Below are positions 57,319-64,000 of a DNA stretch of 64,000 nucleotides, piece after piece. This DNA is from Bacteroidia bacterium (GTDB lineage Bacteria > Bacteroidota > Bacteroidia > M30B66). The stretch is taken from positions 1,888,001-1,952,000 of the forward strand of contig OZ257142.1 in the NCBI GenBank assembly GCA_965279035.1, in the 5' to 3' direction. The first letter of the stretch is position 1; each line of letters starts with the position of its first letter. The translations under genes and the position numbers were made by a program. Below the pieces are notes generated by a model. It searched no databases, was not told the origin of the DNA, and saw only the letters and a program-made list of their open reading frames with translations.

Positions 57319-57497
57319 GGGGCGTAACCTGCTAAAAGCTCCGCACAGCTTCGCATTTATCAGGTCGCGTCTTCCGCTGCTAGTCCTCCTTCGCTTTGAA
57401 TTCTAATTGAAAAACGAAGAGATTTCCATCATCTGTTTTTCAATTTCTGCATTTCATGTGCTCAGTCCGGGCTATTCGCTTCAACCGCTTACGCAAA
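57319..57497 (+). ncRNA. Flavo-1-like structured RNA / repeat element
   Basis: Closing stem GCGTAA (57322-27)/TTACGC (57489-94); hairpin ACCTGCTAAA/TTTATCAGGT; TAGTCC/GGGCTA; AATTGAAAAAC/GTTTTTCAATT. Resembles my recollection of the Flavo-1 consensus. Confidence 0.55.
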
Positions 57498-57593
57498 TCC
57501 GTTTCAAATATACTGAAGCCTTTCAAGTAAATCTACCTGAACAAATCCTCATTTTAACACCATGTTCCAACAATTTCTAACCAATCAATCTCC

Positions 57594-59177
57594 TTAGAAA
57601 GGAACATTGTCTGGATCCCAAGCATCACCACTACCAGTCTTTGGCGACTGATTCATCTTCGATCCAACCGTTATCGTTTCTTGAACTGAACTGTCAAAAT
57701 TGGTATTGGGCGCTAATCCCGATGGTCGATTTGCTCCACCAAAACTAGAATGATTATCATAATCTGTAAACTTCGCTAAATGTCCAATGTATTTCAGTGG
57801 AACCATACCCAAAGCTCCATTCCGATGTTTGGCAATGTGAATTTCTGCTAAGCCATCGGTCGGTGTTCCGTCTTCGTTTTCATTGATGTTATAATATTCC
57901 GGACGGTAAATAAACATAACCATATCAGCATCTTGCTCAATCGCTCCCGATTCACGTAAATCGCTCAATTGCGGCACTTTTGTTCCTCCGCGTTGCTCCA
58001 CATTACGACTCAATTGCGAAAGTGCAATCACCGGAATTTCCAATTCTTTAGCGATGCCTTTTAATGACCGAGAAATCTGTGAAATTTCTTGTTCTCGATT
58101 TCCACCACCACCACGGTTATCTCCACCAGCCGTCATCAATTGCAAATAATCGATAATGATCATTTGAATATCATGGTTTGCTTTCAATCTACGCGCTTTG
58201 GCTCGCAATTCAAATATCGATAGGGCAGGAGTATCATCAATAAACAAGGGAGCTTCGGTCAATTCCCGAATTTTCGAATCCAATTGATGCCATTCGTGTT
58301 GCTGCAAATCACCTTTCTTGAGTTTCTCTCCGGGTAATTCGGCTTCTCCCGAAATCAAACGCATCACCAACTGCACGCTCGACATCTCCAAGGAAAATAC
58401 AGCAATCGGACGTTTAAATGAAACCGCAGCATTTCGAGCTAATGAAAGTACAAAGGCGGTTTTACCCATACCGGGACGAGCAGCTAAAATCACCAAATCG
58501 GATTTTTGCCAACCTGCTGTAAATCGGTCCAAATCCTTAAATCCGGATGGTACTCCACTCAAACCATCTTGTTGTTGTCCGGCTTTTTCAATCTGTTTCT
58601 TCGCCTCGGTAATGAGTTCGCTCATCTTCGAGAAATTCTTCTTGATATTGCCCTCTGCAACAGCAAATAAATTCTTCTCGGCTTTGTCTAATAATTCAAG
58701 CGCATCGGTACTTTCCTCATACGCATCTTTGATAATCTCACTCGAAACACGAATTAACTCACGTTGAATCTGTTTCTGATTTAAAATCCGTGTATGATAT
58801 TCAATATTCGCTGTAGATGCTACTCGATTCGTTAATGAAGTAATGTAAGGTACACCACCAACCATCTCCAATTCACCACGTTTCTTCAACTCTTGAACAA
58901 CCGTCAAAATATCTACCGGCTTCGATGAGGCAAACAACTCGAATATCGCCCCGAAAATACGCTGATGCTCATCTCGGTAAAACGTATCCGTTTGCAAGGA
59001 ATCAATCACATTGGCCAGAGAATCCCGATCCAACATCAAAGCTCCCAAAACAGCTTCTTCCACATCCACCGCTTGTGGAGGCAATTTGCCAATTCCTGCA
59101 TCATATGGATTTACATTGATACCGGGATAAATGCGTTTTTTTCTGTCGGCGTTGGTTTGAGGAGCGTTCTCTTTCAT
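57594..59177 (-). CDS. dnaB: Replicative DNA helicase
   Basis: LPPQA...EEAVLG, AARPGMGKT, FSLEM, IDYLQL, LSQLSR, LRESGAIEQDAD, AKHRNG; no intein. Confidence 0.97.
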   Translation of the reverse strand: MKENAPQTNADRKKRIYPGINVNPYDAGIGKLPPQAVDVEEAVLGALMLDRDSLANVIDSLQTDTFYRDEHQRIFGAIFELFASSKPVDILTVVQELKKRGELEMVGGVPYITSLTNRVASTANIEYHTRILNQKQIQRELIRVSSEIIKDAYEESTDALELLDKAEKNLFAVAEGNIKKNFSKMSELITEAKKQIEKAGQQQDGLSGVPSGFKDLDRFTAGWQKSDLVILAARPGMGKTAFVLSLARNAAVSFKRPIAVFSLEMSSVQLVMRLISGEAELPGEKLKKGDLQQHEWHQLDSKIRELTEAPLFIDDTPALSIFELRAKARRLKANHDIQMIIIDYLQLMTAGGDNRGGGGNREQEISQISRSLKGIAKELEIPVIALSQLSRNVEQRGGTKVPQLSDLRESGAIEQDADMVMFIYRPEYYNINENEDGTPTDGLAEIHIAKHRNGALGMVPLKYIGHLAKFTDYDNHSSFGGANRPSGLAPNTNFDSSVQETITVGSKMNQSPKTGSGDAWDPDNVPF

Positions 59178-59436
59178 CGGACGACAAATATACCATTCGT
59201 CGACGGCTTAAAATAGATTGTTTATAAATCTTCTTTGGCTTTGTATGAGCCACTTAATTCAATAAATGGTTTTTGAAAATCAACGCTTTAATCGAAAAAT
59301 TTTGTTTTCTACTTATATAAATTGCATTCGACTCAAGACGATTAAATAGTAAACTGAACGCAATTTTATCGAAGTACAGAAAATGAAAACTATAAATGTC
59401 AAAATTTGGGACTAGTTCAATTAGCCGTTTATTTTT

Positions 59437-60105
59437 TCATGAATCAAATTTTGAATCATCCCATTCAACACCTTCAGGAAAAAGTTCACCTTTTCGTTTT
59501 ATCATTTCAGTAGCAATCAAAGCACTATTTCCGCCTTGTTCATTCAGTTTTGAAATAATAGTGAGATAACTTTCTTTATCTCTATTTTGACTAAGCTTAA
59601 ATACATTTTCAATTTTAGCTGCTTTTATTTCAAAACCAGCAATTGCGGGCATCATTTTATTTAGAAATTGATCAGGCAGATTATCATAAAATGTCAATGA
59701 TTGTGTATTGCCTTTTTCAAATTTCAAGGTCAGTTTTCGCATAAACATTTTCAATTCTTCATCTGACATAAAACGTATTTGTCCAGCAATGTGAACGCTC
59801 ATATAGTTCCATGTTGATCCAATGTGCGGATTGCTATACCAAGAAGCACTTACATAACAACTCGGTCCTGTAAATACAAGCAATGCATTTGGGTTTTCAG
59901 TAAAAGCTTTGTGATGATCTGTATTTCGCATGATATGTCCTTGCAAAAACAACTCACCATTTCGTTCTTCAAGTATAACAGGTATCTGGGTTGCCACTTG
60001 TTCTCCCAATAAAGTACTACCAGTTAAAAAGGCAAATGGATTTTCTTCTATGAAGTCCAATAGTACCTGTTTGTCTTTTTCTTTGAAGTAGGAAAAATGA
60101 TACAT
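59437..60105 (-). CDS. FMN-binding negative transcriptional regulator (PaiB family)
   Basis: GHIMR, F.GP..YVSASWY, TWNY..VH, FKLSQNR. Confidence 0.85.
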   Translation of the reverse strand: MYHFSYFKEKDKQVLLDFIEENPFAFLTGSTLLGEQVATQIPVILEERNGELFLQGHIMRNTDHHKAFTENPNALLVFTGPSCYVSASWYSNPHIGSTWNYMSVHIAGQIRFMSDEELKMFMRKLTLKFEKGNTQSLTFYDNLPDQFLNKMMPAIAGFEIKAAKIENVFKLSQNRDKESYLTIISKLNEQGGNSALIATEMIKRKGELFPEGVEWDDSKFDS

Positions 60106-60282
60106 TTTCTAATTGATTTTTTTGTCTTGTTTTAAATTATCGCAATTGTTTCGAGTACTAATGAGATTCGTATAAGGTGAATTGAACAATTCGTATTGTC
60201 GAATATAAACGAAAAATAAAAGTTTCAAAAATCAATATCCAAAATTGTATTAGTAGTAGCTACTATTTTTACATTCAAATTT

Positions 60283-61806
60283 TCACTCAATCTTCATCCA
60301 TTTCCTAGATAACCGAATTTGTGTTTTCTCGTTTTGTATTTCAACATAATAAATTCCTGATTTTAGATTAAATAATTCATCAGAAATTACAAATGCTCTT
60401 TTAAAATATAGATTATCGAATATTAATTTTCCCTGACTATCTCGAATGATTAACCTCACTGGCAAAGGTAAATCTGTTTTGAAATTCAATTCATTGGTTC
60501 CAGGATTAGGAAATAGATTAAAACTAAATGTTCCTACTTTTTTAATTCCGGTTTCATCATTAAGCCCTAAACTATCGCAAATAGAGCCATCTATTGGTCC
60601 AAGCAAGTGATTGGCTGAATTGGGTGGAGTATAATTAAAACCATAAAATGGTAACTCATAATAATAGGGAATAAACTCTGAGTTTAAACCAAGTTCATTT
60701 GGTTTTTTTAAAATACTGGCATACGGAACATTTGGTGTTGGGGTATATCCCATGCAGCAGAAACCACCTAACATATGCTTAAGGTTTGGAGTTAAACTAA
60801 ATACCCCCAAACTATCAGTAATTATAGTAACTGCTTGTGTTTCAATATCATATTGAAAATTATCAATAATATCAAAATTAGATTGATTTGTTTTAGTCAT
60901 GTATAATTTTGTACCATCTGAACTGAGACTGAATGGTGTAAAATCTGTAAACCATTCATTAATTACAATATTACTAAAATCATAAGTCTGTAAATTACTT
61001 AGTTCACCAGTACAGCGATCAAAGTCGAAAACTTGCAATTCCCGAATATGCCCACCAAACCAATGAACATATTTACTTCCATCGGCACTGAAAGATGCCC
61101 AGCCGAAGCTAACATAAGATGAATCATCATTCGTATAATAAGGTTCTAAAATGAATGAATTCGGACTAAGCAATCCTTTTAAATATTGATTTTTTTTCTG
61201 GCCAAATTTTAATAACCACCAATCTCTGCCATTTGCATGACGGCATGCATCTATGCCTCCCGGTACAGTTGAAATATTTAAGTTATACCTGGTAGTTTCT
61301 TCGATATTATAACCATTTTCATCAACTTTAATTTTAGTAATTGAAAATAAAGTATCAATCCCAACATTATATGGGTTAGATGAGTTTTGGAAATTGCCAC
61401 TATAACTATTGATTAAGTAGTAGTATTTATTATTTATTCTAGGTTTTAAAAAAATAAAACCACGATAAGCAATAATAACTTCATCAAATGGTAATTGAGT
61501 TAATTCCGTTAAAATATTCCCGCTAGAATCAAATAATGTTTTTCCATTAAAAGCCATAAGAAAATTACCCAAAGAATCGGATATTGTAGCTGATCCAAGC
61601 GAAAATGGTGCAGGAAAATATTTGGTGGTAATACTTTCTAATGAATCATCATTAAACTTCATGATACCTGTACCATTCAATCCATCATTTATGCCATCAC
61701 AACCAAATTCAGGGAAACAAGTTCCCCATATCCAATTATAAGCTTCTTTTTGAGCTATTGTAGATGATGAAATGAAAAGAAAAACTAAAAAAGAATATAC
61801 TCTCAT
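60283..61806 (-). CDS. T9SS type-A secreted protein, probable beta-propeller, very AT-rich
   Basis: Signal peptide TIAQ; YNWIWG; CRHANGRDWW; FDFDRCTGELSN; GSICDSLG; CTD LFPNPG. Confidence 0.75.
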   Translation of the reverse strand: MRVYSFLVFLFISSSTIAQKEAYNWIWGTCFPEFGCDGINDGLNGTGIMKFNDDSLESITTKYFPAPFSLGSATISDSLGNFLMAFNGKTLFDSSGNILTELTQLPFDEVIIAYRGFIFLKPRINNKYYYLINSYSGNFQNSSNPYNVGIDTLFSITKIKVDENGYNIEETTRYNLNISTVPGGIDACRHANGRDWWLLKFGQKKNQYLKGLLSPNSFILEPYYTNDDSSYVSFGWASFSADGSKYVHWFGGHIRELQVFDFDRCTGELSNLQTYDFSNIVINEWFTDFTPFSLSSDGTKLYMTKTNQSNFDIIDNFQYDIETQAVTIITDSLGVFSLTPNLKHMLGGFCCMGYTPTPNVPYASILKKPNELGLNSEFIPYYYELPFYGFNYTPPNSANHLLGPIDGSICDSLGLNDETGIKKVGTFSFNLFPNPGTNELNFKTDLPLPVRLIIRDSQGKLIFDNLYFKRAFVISDELFNLKSGIYYVEIQNEKTQIRLSRKWMKIE

Positions 61807-61971
61807 GTTTAAACTATTTGTTTCATTTTAACCCCTACTATTGAAAATCCTCATGTTTAAAAATTGAAAATAGCCATACTTCGATTTTAATATAACGAAT
61901 GTTTCAGCGAAAATAAAATGTAACATTAACTAAATATAGCCATCCTATTTTACTCTGTTGAATGTTCGTCT

Positions 61972-62421
61972 TTATTGATCTGATTTTAATTTATTGATTA
62001 ATGCATTTGACAAACGGAAATTGGTTGATTGAATTTTTGTAATAATTTCATCTATGTCAGTGATTAATCCTTTTCTACAAGCTAGGATTAAAATTCCAAG
62101 AGATCCTGTGTATTTTAATTTTAATTCATCAGCAAGGCGCCTTGCCTTTAGATCATCTAATATAAGAAGGCTGTTTTCTATTTCTTTTGATAAGGCAATG
62201 GCTGATGCTTCACCTAGATCAACTATTTCAGAATAGGCATTTACATTTTTTGAATTTTCTGGATCTTTTATTTTAATCCAATCAGGAATTCTCTTTTTGA
62301 ATTCTTCTGCAATTTCAGAGGTAATAGTTACTTGCTGAAATAAATCTCTAAGAATAGTTAATTCACCTATTTTATCAAATAGAATAAGACAGGTAGTATC
62401 AGAGATTATTAAGGTCTGCAT
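61972..62421 (-). CDS. DUF3368/PIN-domain putative toxin
   Basis: ISDTTCLI, DLGEASAIAL, LILDD..AR..A, TGSLGIL. Confidence 0.85.
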   Translation of the reverse strand: MQTLIISDTTCLILFDKIGELTILRDLFQQVTITSEIAEEFKKRIPDWIKIKDPENSKNVNAYSEIVDLGEASAIALSKEIENSLLILDDLKARRLADELKLKYTGSLGILILACRKGLITDIDEIITKIQSTNFRLSNALINKLKSDQ

Positions 62422-62641
62422 TACGAGTATCGCGATCTATATCTTCAATAGGATAATTAAAAATGGACACACCAAATGTTCCAAGAATTTCTATAAACTC
62501 ACGTTTGTCATAACCTGCTAGTTGAGCAGCTTGCCCAATTGACAGTTTTCCCATTTCATAGAGCTGAGCAGCCATTGCTGTTACAGCCTCCAAATCAGAA
62601 ATGTTGTAATTCTCAGGAAACTCAATAACTATCCTTTTCAT
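62399..62641 (-). CDS. UPF0175 family putative antitoxin
   Basis: LYEMGKLSIGQAAQLAG....F..IL; 23-nt overlap with the PIN gene. Confidence 0.85.
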   Translation of the reverse strand: MKRIVIEFPENYNISDLEAVTAMAAQLYEMGKLSIGQAAQLAGYDKREFIEILGTFGVSIFNYPIEDIDRDTRNADLNNL

Positions 62642-62875
62642 TCTTGAAAGTTAAGAAAATATTTTGTGATATCTTATTCATCAGTGAATAATACGACGGT
62701 GTTTTTCGATAAGGCTCAGAACAAATTTTCTGAATTCAGAACATAAAAATCATAGAATCTATAAAGAATACGAAATACTTCTAGTTATAAATGCATATTC
62801 CTCAAAGCACGTTTTTTTCAATAAAATAATCAAAAATAAAATGATACGATATGATTCGTTTTGATACGAAATAAC

Positions 62876-63622
62876 TTATTCCTCAAAATAAGCCAGCCTC
62901 ATTTTCCCATCTCGTAATTCCCCATACGAACACCAATGAAACCAATCACCCAAATTGAAATATTTGCAATTGTTGCCCACTGCTAAATCCAAAGGCAAAT
63001 GCCGATGTCCAAAAACGAAATAATTGAGATCTGGATGAAGCAGCAATTGTTCTTTCGAGAAAATCAACAACCACTCATTTTCTTCTCCTAAAAAGACTTC
63101 TTTTTCAGGATTTGCTGCTCTACTTTTTCTCGACCAATAATCAGCCATGCCAATTCCAAAATTCGGATGCAAACGAGCAAATAACCATTGACACACTTTA
63201 CTAGCAAATACTTTCTTTATAAACTTATATCCATAATCACCCGGACCAAGTCCATCACCATGTCCGAGAAATAGTTTCTTCCCTTGAATTTCAGTAATTA
63301 TCGGTTTTCGATGAATAATTAAACCAATTTCTTTTTCCAAATAATCAAAAGCCCACATATCGTGGTTTCCAGTAAAAAAATGGATTTCAATTCCTGAATC
63401 TACTAGCGTAGCGAGCTTTCCTAATAAACGCGTGAAATATTTTGGAACGCTGTATTTGTATTCAAACCAAAAATCAAAAACATCACCCATTAAGTAAATG
63501 CGTTCCGCATCTGGAGCAATCATATCGAGCCAACGAATAATCTTCTTTTCCCGTTCTAAGCTGCGTGCATGATCGGGAATTCCTAAATGAAAATCACTGG
63601 CAAAATAGACCGCCTTCCCCAT
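62876..63622 (-). CDS. lpxH: UDP-2,3-diacylglucosamine diphosphatase
   Basis: FASDFHLG, GDVFDFWFEY, GNHD, HGDGLGPGD, FGHRH, NLGDW. Confidence 0.9.
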   Translation of the reverse strand: MGKAVYFASDFHLGIPDHARSLEREKKIIRWLDMIAPDAERIYLMGDVFDFWFEYKYSVPKYFTRLLGKLATLVDSGIEIHFFTGNHDMWAFDYLEKEIGLIIHRKPIITEIQGKKLFLGHGDGLGPGDYGYKFIKKVFASKVCQWLFARLHPNFGIGMADYWSRKSRAANPEKEVFLGEENEWLLIFSKEQLLLHPDLNYFVFGHRHLPLDLAVGNNCKYFNLGDWFHWCSYGELRDGKMRLAYFEE

Positions 63623-63623
63623 T

Positions 63624-64000
63624 TTATAAATTCGCTTTTCTTAATCCTTGAATCGGGTTAAGCGCACGTAAATTCAATACAAAGCGAATGCGTTCGGCAA
63701 ATGTTACGTGATTCAAATCCATCGTTTTCTGAATTTGATTTGAAATAAGTAAAGGAACGTAGATTTCGAAATTATCGGGTATGAGCGAAACAATCGCCCC
63801 TACATTATAATTCAAAACATCACTATCTGTTTCACCATTTTTATAAGTTCCCAAATCAGCATAGATTTTCAAAGGGATTTTTCCTGGCAAACTTGTTCTA
63901 ATATTCAATGTGGCTAAATATTGATTCGTTTGGCCACGAATGCTATAAATTTTAAATCCACCATCTGTATTCGACATTTGTTGTGCCCACAATCCACTTG
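63624..64000 (-). CDS. C-terminal part of a large protein, probably the barrel-like tail of a Bacteroidota M1-family peptidase; begins beyond the right edge
   Basis: Frame is open to the edge; DGGFK...YADLG...IPDNFEIYVPL...ERIRFVLNL resembles those C-termini (from memory). Confidence 0.45.
   Translation of the reverse strand, partial: SGLWAQQMSNTDGGFKIYSIRGQTNQYLATLNIRTSLPGKIPLKIYADLGTYKNGETDSDVLNYNVGAIVSLIPDNFEIYVPLLISNQIQKTMDLNHVTFAERIRFVLNLRALNPIQGLRKANL

Noticed and set aside
58318-58767. 149-aa plus-strand ORF within dnaB; also checked dnaB for an intein
   Set aside because: Antisense shadow; DnaB length and motifs are continuous
60254-60265. TAGTAGCTACTA palindrome
   Set aside because: Short and AT-rich; cannot be distinguished from chance or a weak terminator

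Overview
AT-rich chromosomal window from a member of the Bacteroidota. The evidence is many T9SS C-terminal sorting domains, TAnnTTTG -7 promoter boxes, Gln after signal peptides and typical Bacteroidota gene order. Positions ~500-25,600 are one minus-strand cluster of surface/secreted proteins. It starts with a tightly coupled operon: OB-fold/FN3/double-HKD PLD-superfamily enzyme, lamin-tail-domain (LTD) lipoprotein, SdiA-regulated beta-propeller, OprO/OprP-type porin, and an LTD/Calx-beta T9SS protein. Next come a 2822-aa T9SS protein, a putative porin, two more LTD/Calx-beta paralogs and a type-B CTD repeat protein. I infer an uncharacterised extracellular phosphodiester/phosphate-scavenging system. 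Inside it (9836-9975, minus strand) is a small structured transcript-like element that the ORF track misses. It has a 12-nt complement to the 16S rRNA 3' end held in a hairpin, a 15-codon ORF and its own terminator. The rest is mostly housekeeping: RecD-like helicase, DUF3822, rsmD, coaD, pyrE, mnmD, dnaX, methylmalonyl-CoA mutase, hrpB, M3 peptidase, dnaB and lpxH. Notable details there are an A10 slippage site in dnaX, head-to-head start codons sharing CATG, a Flavo-1-like RNA and a small AT-rich patch with a UPF0175/DUF3368 toxin-antitoxin pair. No rRNA, tRNA, CRISPR array, integrase or transposase was seen. All family calls come from motif recognition by eye, not from database searches.
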